Of a stretch of 37,742 nt of DNA, positions 14,004 to 25,543 are shown piece by piece. Source of the DNA: Streblomastix strix (taxonomy: Eukaryota); assembly GCA_008636045.1 (NCBI GenBank), contig SNRW01000035.1:1-37742 (forward strand). The letters are read 5' to 3'. The stretch's first letter is position 1; each line of letters begins with the position of its first letter. Below the pieces are notes generated by a model, which saw only the letters and a program-made list of their open reading frames with translations, did not search any database and was not told the DNA's origin. The position numbers and the translations under genes are program-made.

Positions 14004-14650
14004 ATGTACAACGTTGTTGCGGCTTTGAGCTACTTGGATTGATCATTGGTATAATGAATTACATGTTCTATGGTGTAAATTTTATAGCATCAATCATATC
14101 AGTATCCATACCTAATAAATTGATGGACACCGTTAATGTAGTTAAAACATTCTGGAGTTATTTTGATATAGTATTGGTTCCATTAAATATAACGATTTAC
14201 ATCAAATAATTCTTTTTCAAAAGAAAAATGGATAAGAATTAGCCAAGCATTTATTGGTCATAGTTATCTGTAGAATAAATCGAAACATTTTAGAATTACC
14301 AACACATTGGCGATATATCTGTTACCTTAAAATGTTAAATTAACCAACTCGCTAAAGCGCCACTTCGTCTAAATTAATTGCTTGATGATAATGAAATGGA
14401 TCAATTCTATGGAATTGCTAGAAGCATTGGTGATAAGTATAATGCATCTAAGTATGAGAATTTCAAAATATTTGAAGCATTAATTGAAATAAGTCTAAAT
14501 GAAATGAATGATGAATAAAAATAAACATATGATCAATTAAAATAACATTTTTATTTCCTTGAACCAATGTAAGATAAAATTGAAGAGATAATCAAATACA
14601 TATAATATATCAACAATCTCATTATTTTAAATAAAGCTGATAATAATTGA
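14004..14650 (+). pseudogene. Viral hypothetical protein with hydrophobic N-terminal segments
   Basis: FELLGLIIGIMNYMFYGVNFIASIISVSI...FDIVLVPLNITIYI followed by a helical domain, open to TGA at 14648-14650. The start appears frameshifted near 14022. Confidence 0.5.
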
Positions 14651-15068
14651 CAAAGTTACTGTATTACTCATCAATCACAAATTAATTGTAAATCTATTTT
14701 TCTTCATTACTAGCTTCAGAGATAATGTACTTCTTTATTTGTTATAGTTGATTGTTTTGATCTAATGATTTTTTGATTAATAAATATTTATTTTTAAAAT
14801 ACTTATCCTATTCATTAATTAACTTATTTTTATAATCTTCTTCATCTACCATCTTCTTTATATTTTATAATTATTGCTGTTGATTTGTGAACATTTTATT
14901 GTTTCTCATTAATTCTTAGAGTAATGGATGGATTGATTCTTTTACATCGTTCTTTAACAATTTTTGTAATTCTTCTATTGTAACTTTAATTGTATCATTA
15001 TCTTCAAAATGAGATTTGAATATTTCATTGAATAATTATTTGATTGGTTACATTTATTATCTTTCCAT
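14619..15068 (-). CDS. Viral hypothetical coiled-coil protein (149 aa)
   Basis: ATG-to-TGA ORF in code 6 (MERQQMQPIKQLFNEIFKSH...YYQLYLKQ*), tail-to-tail overlap with the neighbouring ORF. Confidence 0.6.
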
Positions 15069-15085
15069 TTTTGCAAAAATAAACA

Positions 15086-17350
15086 TCATTGATTTAATGG
15101 ATGAATCGATCCCATTGTTAATAAACGAGCACGCTAGAATACATTAGTTCCATTGCTATAGAAACCACCATCTGTATCAACACTATTTACACCCCATAAT
15201 ATTTGATTGCCTGCAGAATAATTAATTGATCCATTAGTTGCACCATTTGTTGCTCGAGTTCCAGCAATAACAGATCCATTGAAACTTAATGTATTCCCAT
15301 CAGCGGATATACGTAATCCTCTATCATCGTTTCCAAAATCTGATGTCAAACAAACTACAAATTATTATGACATAGTATCTTATCTGATCATAATGCCAGC
15401 AGCCCATTTACCTTATAATTATCCGCTATATTAAGCTGGATCAACACCAAAGAATATTTAACTTGATCCATTAGTTGATTTTGATATTCGGATTCCTTCA
15501 TTATAATTTGTACCAGTTGGATTTATCTAGAATACACCATTAAATATTTTTGTACCATTAATCGATTAATCAGTTCCAACATTAACTAACTCATTACCAT
15601 TAAATTTAATTATTGAACTATCACTATTAATGCTTAAGCCAACACTTTGATCAGCTTTTTATACAGATGATGGGTTAATTTTCGGAGCATTATCATTTGT
15701 TTTACTTATTTCCCATTAACCTGCTTTAGTTGTATTTATAGCTGTAGTATCGTGTTTTAAATATAATGCTGAATAATTACTATAATTTCCTATTCTAATG
15801 TCATTATTATATGTAGTATAATTTCGCCCCATTGGATTAACTTATAGCATATTGTTTATTATTCCACTTTTACCTAAATTATATGAAATTAGTATCTAAG
15901 TTTATCAACCACTAATTGATGAAACAATATCTTATATTAGAATCTCAGTAATTCGATTAGTCATGTATGAGCTTTAATTACTAACAATAACAGTTGCACT
16001 CCCACTACCAGATATCATATGAATCCATGCTGTATATTCAGCTGTAGAATAAGATCCTGTATGAGTATGAAATAACTAATCAGCTCCATAATAAATATTA
16101 TATGAAAGTTATACATAAGATGGAGCAGTAAATACACCATATAGATCAGCGATACCATTAACAGTATAATTAGGTACTAAATCAATTGTTTTCATAGCAT
16201 TTGTAATATATTATATTTAGAATTATATATATGATGCTCCAGTACTTGTTCCTGTTGGAAAAACACATAATCTAATATATCCACCTGCGCCACTAGAGTA
16301 TGATCTAGACAATTTGCTACCAATAGTAGTTGTATCTCCGTTAGCGCATAATACTTCAGTTGCTATTCCACCAAACTTAATAAATTTAGTTGCTGTATTG
16401 TTTTCATCATAAGTTAATTGTTATGGATGAACGTGATCATGTCTAGCGTAAAAAGCTGATGTTCCATTAATTCCAACACCATTAACGATTGAAATATCTG
16501 AAGCATTAGTTTCTACATTAATTGGATGGGAATGATAGTTTAAAGCATAATAATTAGTTGTACTAATTGATCCACATGCACTATCTTGTGGTGACATAGT
16601 AGTTATTATATTGATTGGATGAGAATGATCGCTTCTAGCATAATAATTGCTTGTACCAACTGATCAACTAGCAGAATCACTGGGTGGAATAGTAGTTGTT
16701 ATATTTAATGGATGTACGTGATCTCCACGTGAATCTTCTGTATTAATTCCTGCAATTGCGCTACCATCAGATAGTGGAGTTGCATCACTAGCTGGAATAA
16801 CTTAATCTAGAACTATATTTCCACTATTATACGAATTTTAGTTAAACATCCAAACTGTTCCACTTTCAGCGCTAAAAGCAAAATCGCCATTAGCGGAATT
16901 AGGTAAATTTTAAATATCTGTATTCAATAAATAATATCCTCTGAAATGTGTTTATCTTGATAATTCTTAATTAATAGTATCAATATCATTTTTTATATCA
17001 GTTATGTCCTATTCTGTTGTTCCAATTGATTGTTAAAATAAATTCATTTAATTAATCAACTTAATTAATCTAATCAACAAAATCAAAATTAATCACTTTC
17101 AAAATTTTTAAAGTTAATAATCCCAGAGGATCTATTTTTAATGAGTAATCAGATGTAATACCATCAACGATTTAATTGTTTGCGGCATAGACTAATGCAT
17201 TGATATTATCTATGAATAATTGATACTCTTCACTAGATATCATACCACCACTGGAATTGGACCGTTTCAAATACTAAATATAGTAAGCAATATCGTTAGT
17301 GATAACCATCTAACTGTTCGGATTTATTGTTATGACAGCGTATTATTCAT
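15086..17350 (-). pseudogene. Long tail-fibre-like protein with RxDHxHP repeats
   Basis: Single frame 17047-15086 with SRGDHVHP, ARSDHSHP, ALNYHSHP and ARHDHVHP repeats, KFIKFGGIATEVLCANG, TDQSINGTKIF and a G/S/T/N-rich C-terminus. TGA at 16664-16666 and 15905-15907. The 5' part (about 17350-17050) is in a shifted frame. Confidence 0.7.
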
Positions 17351-17388
17351 ATCTTCAAAAATAAATTACGTTATCATATCTCAAACCA

Positions 17389-17604
17389 TCAGTTTCGATT
17401 ACGCTTATTTACCAGTCGATCAACTGCTCCCGCAAGATTAGCTCCTGCACCTAATGCGCCACCAATAGCAGGATGAATCATTCGAATTGGGGCAGATATC
17501 GTAGATAAAATTTTATGTAATGTTGGTGTTACCCATTACGCTGCTTTCTTAACATCGCCTAAAATTTTTGATCCAAAATTCGCAATTCCAGAGAAGAAAC
17601 CCAT
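17389..17604 (-). CDS. Small amphipathic basic peptide (71 aa), candidate virion membrane-penetration protein
   Basis: Intact ORF: MGFFSGIANFGSKILGDVKKAAQWVTPTLHKILSTISAPIRMIHPAIGGALGAGANLAGAVDRLVNKRNRN*. Head-to-head with the capsid-like gene. Confidence 0.7.
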
Positions 17605-17670
17605 TTTGATTTATTATAAAAATTTTTATAATTAACGTCATCAGCGTATAGATATTTTTGTTTTATTGAA

Positions 17671-19620
17671 ATGTCATTCAAATCTAGTGATTATCTAGCC
17701 CATTTGCAAAAAATGTAACACTCTGATTACGTAGCGGGGTATATATAATTAGATGAAGTATTAAAAACATTAACGATTCATGCTGGATCATTTTGAATTT
17801 CCAAGCAATAATTCACCGATTAACCAGTAACTGAACTAACATCTAGTGGAGTTAAATATACTAGAGCACCACTAGGAGCAAGAAGTAAATCTACATGTTC
17901 AATGGTACATACATGCTAAGTGAATTGGACAATTACAATTCCTGCAAATACATAAGCGATATAATTAAATGAAACAAATATTGAAGATGATGAATATAAT
18001 TAGAGAATTAACTTCAATGGACTAGAAGATTCATACGTTCCTGTTACAAAAAGTATGACATAATCCGAATAAAAGTATTATGGAAAAACTGCAGAAGGAG
18101 AAGAGAAATCTGAGCAATTACGTTTTTGGTTTGGATTCACCACTGTGTGTTGACTATTTAACCAATTTCAATTGATGCTTGATGCCACTGCATTATTGGC
18201 CGCTTCAATATATGCTAGATTATAAGCTGCTATTAGTTCTAATTCATTGAGTGATTTATGCACTAACAATAGCGTTAGTGTATCTCCACTAGAAAGTATC
18301 ATTAATGGTAAACGTAATTGTTGATTATTTATTGAAATTCCTCTATCTGATATTGATTTATAATCAGCTACAACTCCTTGGTATTTTAAAGTTCCATTTG
18401 ATATTACATTTAGTGGTGTTCTTGATCTTAACTAATTAAATCCAATTTTTAACTCATTTCCTGTTCTTACTTGGAATTATGCTTAACTTCATCTATAACT
18501 TTGGATGTAAGATTATCTATAGGATTTGTAGGTAGTTTGGCTTAAAAAACTGATACTGTAAAAAATAATCACTTAGCTTATTACATGATTCCACCTGAGA
18601 AACCAGACATATTATAACTATTAGCTGAACCTACTGCTTAAGGAGTATTTAGTTATAAGAAATTTAATGTGCGAATAGTTAATATGTAAAATACTGCATT
18701 ATGAGATAAATTGCCATAAAATAGTATCAGTTAAATTATTAATGCACGATTTGAAAAATTGGAGATATAGAATATATGGTTTACTGTTGAAAATGAAGAT
18801 ACAATAATTAATATGATTAGAGAGTACAGAATAGTTAATTTTCCTACCTAAGTATTTAGATCTTAATCATCAAATTTCGCATTTAGTGGTTTTGAATCAA
18901 GTGGAGCTATGTAAAGTATTATGTCATTCTCTAATATTAAATCACTATTTATGACATATGCCATACCATAGTATCCAACATGGTTTTATTCTGTATTACT
19001 TAATGATTTTGATTTAATTATTGATTAACGACATGTAGTTCCATAGCCATATAACGCATTGACACAAACCGTTAATGGACTAATTTTTGATTGTTTCGTT
19101 GATTAAGATGTCGTTAGTGCTCCATCAGATCTATATCATTCACGTTCATTTGAAAATTTCAATTGTGCTGATAAATCTGGTGGCTTTTATGGGAAAGACA
19201 ATGTGAATGTATATCATACATCTACACTATTTGAAGGGACAAAAGCATCTAAAACACTATATCCTAACAAATATATGCTCGAATGGAAATTAGCTACTGA
19301 TGATTCATTTATGAGAGGCTATAATCCTACAAAGCTAGGTGCTAGAACAAATATATAAGTTATTTTACATGGTAATTTGACTAAAGCAATATTAGATAAT
19401 ACAGATACAAATAAAGATTAGAACTAAAATGATTTTAAACAATTTATTGCTATGAGAAGTTATCCAGATCCAACTAAAGCATCCGTTACTCCAATGATGC
19501 ATTATCTATGTGATGCATTTATGCGAATTATATTTGATAATAATCCTGATCCATAAGTTTTGAATATTGATGTATATGGTGAGCTATCTGGTAGTGCGAT
19601 TTATGCTGGCAGAAGACAAA
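17671..19620 (+). pseudogene. Probable major capsid protein (double jelly-roll), about 650 codons
   Basis: Long beta-rich code-6 frame from ATG 17671 (...LRFWFGFTTVC*LFNQFQLML...FSGVLDLNQLNPIFNSFPVL...NIKSLFMTYAIPQYPTWF...PMMHYLCDAFMRIIFD). TGA at 17794, 18151 and 18322, frameshift near 18550. The call rests on size, composition and context, not on an alignment. Confidence 0.55.
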
Positions 19621-19778
19621 AATAATTTTTTTTTCATTTGTATATCTTTGATTCACACGCAGATTTGATCGCTGCTTCTCAAATTGTTTTAAAGATGGAA
19701 TGCCAATTAATGTTCAATTATTCAAGAGAATAGATGATTGTTTCATTGAATCCTTCCATTTGTTTGTCTTTAAATTGT

Positions 19779-20549
19779 TCAACTTGCCGACTAATTATGA
19801 ATTACATATGAATAACATACCTATACACAAAAATCATCAGGTAAATTAATCTAACACATTGTATTTATTATCACATTACTATTAGGATTAATAAAACAAT
19901 CAATAGGAATAGCTCCATTCCAAAATATTGAATAGTCCTATCCTTTATTCGTAAATAGAACAGCATTTAATGGTATATTTGATGGTGTTCCACTTAATTT
20001 TGGCTTTATGGCATTATCAACGATTGAGAATAAAGTATATCCTGATTCACATGAAGTATTTATATCTTAATGATTTATTTGAAGCAAAATATACATCCTA
20101 CTATTTTGTGTTGTTAATGTACTCCATATTCGCTATTCATACATTCCATATGCAATTGCTGAATAACGTGCATTCTCAATTGGTTCATAGGCTAATTGAT
20201 CTTTATCGATTGTATCGCCATTAGCTAATAGAATTTAGTAACTTGTTTCACCTTATTTCACAATTTTACTAGCAATGATGGGTTATAAAAATGTCTTGGT
20301 TCCTGTTATAAATTAATCAGTACTAAATGTTACAAAATTAGTTAAATCAACTTTGAATTTTTTAAAGAATTAACTCTAATAATTAAAATACTTTATTATT
20401 TCTTAATCAATGATTTAAAATAAATTATTCCTGACATTTATCTATTTTTATTATTATTCCTACAATTATATTAATTTAATTGCCTGTTCTTATAACAATG
20501 ATTATTCTTCTTCATCAATCATATATAAATCATTTAACTATTAATCCAT
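19779..20549 (-). pseudogene. Second, shorter fibre-like protein
   Basis: TDQFITGTKTFLQPIIASKIVKQGETSYQILLANGDT shares the T.Q.I.G.K.F and K.G.....L.ANGDT motifs with the long fibre ORF. Frameshifted. Confidence 0.55.
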
Positions 20550-20574
20550 TTTTATTGCAAAAATAATCAATCAT

Positions 20575-21012
20575 CAAACGTAGCACTATATACAATTAAC
20601 TTCATTTTTAACTCCGCATTAACCGTACTAATTGTATTTTGTTTGTTCTTACATTTATTTAATTGCATGTTTCATTTCATAAAATTTAGTTGCATCTGCA
20701 TCAGTAAAGTTAAGTATTATATAACGAGAAATGCTATCCTGAAGTTCTTTCATCTATTATGTATACTGTTTGATTGTTTCTTAAATGTGTTCAATATTTC
20801 TTTTTTCGATCATTATGAAAATTGTTTATGGATTCCATGGATTATTTCCATAACGCTTTAATAATTTATAGTATGATTTATTATATTAATTTACTGTTCA
20901 TTAATAGAAATCATCATTACATTAATAAATTGGTTCAATGCATATTTTCTTTGCAATATTTTAAGGTTTCACGAGCAATTTTCCTCTAATGATTTCGGAT
21001 TGTGAAAGCATT
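20575..21012 (-). pseudogene. Viral hypothetical ORF, frameshifted
   Basis: MLSQSEIIRGKLLVKP... continuing in another frame to ...CGVKNEVNCIQCYV*. Fills the gap between flanking viral ORFs. Confidence 0.35.
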
Positions 21013-21122
21013 TATGTAATAAGTAAAAATAAATAAATAGTAAAAAAATAGATATCTTAAATAATTATCAAAAATCATTATCTGTAATCTCAATCTCACG
21101 TGCATCAGATAATCGAACAAAG

Positions 21123-21735
21123 TCACAATTGACTCGATACAGTTTCTCAATAGAGTTGAAAAGCACATTGTCCAGTACTTTAACAGATACATTTTTAATT
21201 AATATAATCCATCACGCGAATCAAATCTTTCTTTTTATATGATTTTCCTATGCATGAATGTGATTACATCAATGGTTCTTCTAATACAATTTCTATATCA
21301 TTTTCATTTTCTTACGTGATTAATGACCAAAGTTTAATGAAATTATCTGATGAAAATATGAAATCATCTCCTCTTTTTCTTGTTGTTATCGTTTTCTATA
21401 ATTGGTCAATAATGAATTTCTTTACCATCGGAATAGGATGTGAAAGATAAGTATTTTTAACAACTTCCTCTGGTTCAACTTATGCTGTTGTTCAATCTAC
21501 TTATTTATATTTATCTTTATTATATTTACTCTCATATTTAGTAATTTTTTTATTCTGTTAGGATTAATTATTCAGGAGTTGATGTAATAGTTTCATTTAC
21601 AATATCTTACTTTTCTTTTTCTTTGGTTGTTTCATCGACTGTTGGCATTGATTTAATCCAACTGTTAGCTTCATCGATCAATTGCAATCTTATTTTATCC
21701 TCATCCGTTAATTCTTTATGTTTAATCTCAGACAT
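21123..21735 (-). pseudogene. Viral hypothetical protein, about 200 codons
   Basis: MSEIKHKELTDEDKIRLQLIDEANSWIK...DLIRVMDYINQKCICQSTGQCAFQLY, with internal TGA. Confidence 0.5.
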
Positions 21736-21813
21736 TTTATTTTTTAGATTTTGACAAGCGAATTTAGTTTCTTTCTATGCCCTTTATCATTTTCCTAATT
21801 TAAAATTATTCAA

Positions 21814-22429
21814 ATGGACTTACAACACGAATTAAAGAATTTGATAGACAATGGAACAAATATTGAATACTTTGACAATGGATATGTCATCTAAATTAAT
21901 AAAGATATTAAAGTGTTCGAAGAAGGAAAAAAGACACTTAAAAAATTAACTTAAACATAGTAGAATAAATTACTGTTATAAGCTAAAGGTGGGGTTGCTC
22001 CAAAGAAAAATGTTTAAAAAGCATCTTAAAATAAATTGATGATGAAGATTTTATATCTTATGAACAGTAGGAAGATTAGGTTGAAAGTGATGATTCCATA
22101 AGCGAAGTACGAGAAAAACCATTAAAGAAATAAGTTAGAAAAAAAGTTGTAAAAATATCAAAAACTTCATAAATTAACTACACTAATCCACAACTTGATT
22201 TAGAAGAATTAATCAAATTACTAACTGAAAACTCATTTATTAAGCAATAGCATTAAGACGCTATCAAACAAATAGAGAAATATAAATTAAAAGCTAAACG
22301 AAATAAATAATCAAAATAGATAGTTGAAAAGGAAGAACCATAATAAATTTACCCTGAACAATAATAAATCATTCAAGAACAACCTCAAGAAGAACAGTAT
22401 TAAGAATACAAATGCTATTAAAAGCATAA
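21814..22429 (+). pseudogene. Viral hypothetical charged/low-complexity protein, cut at the element's right junction
   Basis: MDLQHELKNLIDNGTNIEYFDNGYVIQINK..., one frameshift near 22035, no stop before host-like sequence resumes. Confidence 0.5.
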
Positions 22430-23830
22430 CATATGGAACTAATGATCCATCTACAAGCATCAATTCTCATTTCTTAAAATCGATATTCAGATCAACTCCA
22501 TGAGTTTCTTCAATATATCTCTATATAATCCAAAACTAGCTAAAGTAGCAGTAGTACAATTGCATGAATTATCTACAAATAGAGCTGGTGTAGGATGTAT
22601 TAAAGGTGTTTGTATCACAAATATAGAATGATATGTTGATGGAGTTGCACTTATGAATGATGCTGGATATTCAATTGCGGATAAATTTCCTGGATCTGAT
22701 GGAATTATTAATCCTTTTTTTTAATTGGAAGAAGTGATGAATCAGCTTACTGGATGTATTCAGGTACTTTTGAGATGAAACCAGGTTGATTTGTTATTAA
22801 TGATCCTATTGGTGTATAATTTGTGTTAGTAGTTGAATTGATATTTCATTAATTAATGTTAGTATTCTATGAATAATTAGTTAATTTTGATGGTGCTTAT
22901 TGCTTCTATTATGAATAATCACTCACATTCTTCCCATTATCCAACAATTCAATCAAAATATACTTTTTTCGCTAAGGATCTACTTTCGCTGATCATAACG
23001 GTGGTATTGGCACTATTTCTTATGTTCCTGGAATACCAGCTGCTCTTGCTATAATAAGTGGAACTGGTATATGATCTAGTAATCTACGCTATGAATATAC
23101 CTTTTATTCATAGATTTATCTCAATAATACAGCTCTTACTTTTTTTTCTTTTAAATGATTCTTTATATTCAACATTTGTTATATCAACTTCTATCATCAA
23201 TAAGATTTCATCTTCTTCACAAAAATTATATCCTTCCTAATCAATCCCTCACTCATATTTCTATCCATTTTATCCATGACTCATAATTTCATCATCTTTC
23301 TCTTTAATTAATAAATATTTAAGTTGGCTTTAATCAGAATCTGCGCTCGATCCATATTATGATTATTCAAAATCTTCTTCAAATTCAGCATCTGGTTGAA
23401 TATTTTATATTTATTTCTTTAACCTGATTAGTAACATCCATAACAGACATTCCATTTGGATATGGTTCAACAAAATGTTGATGATGGAAAGCTGGTGGTG
23501 GTATTATAGTTGATTCTTAGCATGGAAGACATTATGACGATACATGTGTTAGTGATGAAAAAAATCGAGATTATGCAAATGACAATACTTCCAATATAAA
23601 TAAACGATTATCAGATGATCCAATATTTAAAATTTAACCATTAGTTACTATCTATCTATCAAGTGCATTACCTCGTCTTAACATAGAAAGTGCAAAACAA
23701 GGTTCAGAAAATCTTGAACGTTGTAATCCAGATGTTGGTGTTGGTGGAGGTCGAATATGTTTAGTTGTCGGATCACCTACTGGACCCAATGGATCTGAGA
23801 ATTATTCTAAGCGATGAACCTATTGAAACA
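22430..23830 (-). pseudogene. CFAP61: CFAP61-like fragment, copy B
   Basis: Colinear with 31046-32450. For example ccattagttactatctatctatcaagtgcattacctcgtcttaacata is present in both. Truncated at the VPY(D) codons by viral DNA. Confidence 0.65.
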
Positions 23831-23939
23831 TTTGTTAATTCATATAAATAAATTCGAATTTGATAATATGAATAAATAAAAATAAAATAAAATCAATTTA
23901 ATCATGTTTTTCTTCTTATTCTAAAAATTATCTACTTCA

Positions 23940-24110
23940 AATACAGTTCTTCATGAATTAATATTTACATGTATTCTTAGTAAGAGATTATTATATATTA
24001 TACCGCCTGTTGATGCCGACGCGAATTCATTGAATCATGAATGAATTATTGTAGCATTTAAATGTGCATTTAAGAGGAAAATATAAAGATGGAGAAGATG
24101 AAATTCTTAA
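23940..24110 (+). pseudogene. CFAP61: Short inverted CFAP61-like fragment
   Basis: TVLHELIFTCILSKRLLYIIPPVDADANSLNHE is the reverse-orientation homologue of about 6290-6450. Confidence 0.55.
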
Positions 24111-24235
24111 TAGCCACTATTTTTTTTCGCGATTATCTCTACAATCCACTCCGCCCAAGAGCGAACCTTTTATTTGAAACTGTCATTACGGTGTAATGGG
24201 TCCAATCAATCCAAATCTATGCAAATTGTTCGTGT

Positions 24236-25543
24236 ATGAATGAGTTGGAAGACTAAGACAACGCAACGCCGAAAAATTCAAGACCGATACTTGAGAAAAC
24301 AAAAGACGGGGACGTGCTTCGGATATTTGGCTCTGAAAAATCAGTGTTGAGAACAAATTCGTCGTTTTTTGCGCAGCAAAAGGCCAATATTGAACAAGAT
24401 GATGATGATTTTATTGAAATTCATAACGATAAAATGAATTCTATTCAATTATCAATTCCATATAGCGAGCGTATTAGAAAAATCTATGTCTTTGATAAAG
24501 GCAACATTGTAGCTGAAGTACGACGGTCTGTATTCTATAATGAATATAGTACGAAGTTCGACATGAGGCAGTTCTAATTTGATCACCCTTAGGATGGAAT
24601 TGACTGGCTAGCGAGTGTAAATGCTGACGTACAGGATTTGATTAAAGAAGATATTAGTAAAGGCCCTTAATATCAGTTTCTTGAATAATTGTAAGAATCA
24701 AATGCAGAAAATGGCAGTAGCCTAGAATAAGTTGACGTAGCAATGAAGAAAATCAAACGAAGGAGATTAGACGAAGATCACGCCATCATTACAGAAATTG
24801 TGGATATTCCTGCACAATAGCATACCAGTACACCTGTATAATAACACGTAGCTACTGCTATATAGCAAGTACCGTTGTATTAATTACTAGTATCGAGCTC
24901 TAATTAGTTATAAACTTAATTTAATGAAGAAATGAAGAAATGTGCAAGCTATTAATCAAAAGATGAAGAGGTTGCTGCCAAGAAGTTGGTATAAATGCTT
25001 GAAGGCATCTGTCAATCTCATTTGAAAAGTTTTGACCCTTCATTGTTTGCGATGACACCTATGAACAGACAGATTTTGATAAATAAAATAAGATGGAAAC
25101 TAGCAAACAAAATATGGAAAGTCCTCAATATCTCTCCTCCAGTTTATTAAGAACGTTCCGTCGTTATTCGAAATGCAATGGAACATGCAGGTTCATTACA
25201 ACACGAATTTCTGGATCAGATTTTTTAAATAGCTCTAGGGAGAAGTGATCAATTGATGGACAAAGTAGTAGACGGATACAAATTAGCCTTTTTAACGACC
25301 GGAGATGCAAAAAGAATTTGGGAAAATACTAAAGGGGGAACATTTAATAAACCAAACAAATTAGAAAATTTGTCAGAAACTACTAAATAGAAGTTAAATG
25401 AATAAAGAAAGATAAAGCAGGCAAATTTTAATATTCCCCGCTCTGGCAGCAATAAAATCAATCAGTCTGAGCGGGTATCATAGAATTGGAATAATCCGAG
25501 ACCAGATCAACGTTTTCCAATGCAAAGAAAAGCCGTATAATGA
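24236..25543 (+). CDS. 435-aa ORF, probable gag-like ORF1 of a truncated retroelement
   Basis: Uninterrupted code-6 ORF, more GC/CpG-rich than its flanks. Helical segment DKVVDGYKLAFLTTGDAKRIWE loosely parallels ECKHIFKLSTIGANAVTQLRE in the DIRS gag at 37.4 kb, followed by an N/Q/R/G-rich tail. No RT downstream. Confidence 0.5.

Larger units (their letters stand above)
11160..22429. mobile_element. Endogenous Polinton-like/Maverick-type DNA virus, truncated at both ends and internally deleted
   Basis: Compact, apparently intron-less cluster of about 10 code-6 ORFs with short intergenic gaps, including pPolB N-terminus, penton-like, capsid-like and fibre-like genes. Right end abuts host CFAP61-like DNA at 22430. 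No TIR, integrase, ATPase or protease gene seen. Confidence 0.8.

Noticed and set aside
15086..20549. Bacterial prophage or contaminant because of tail-fibre motifs
   Set aside because: The ORFs need TAA/TAG=Gln, sit with Polinton-type pPolB motifs and are contiguous with intron-containing eukaryotic DNA.
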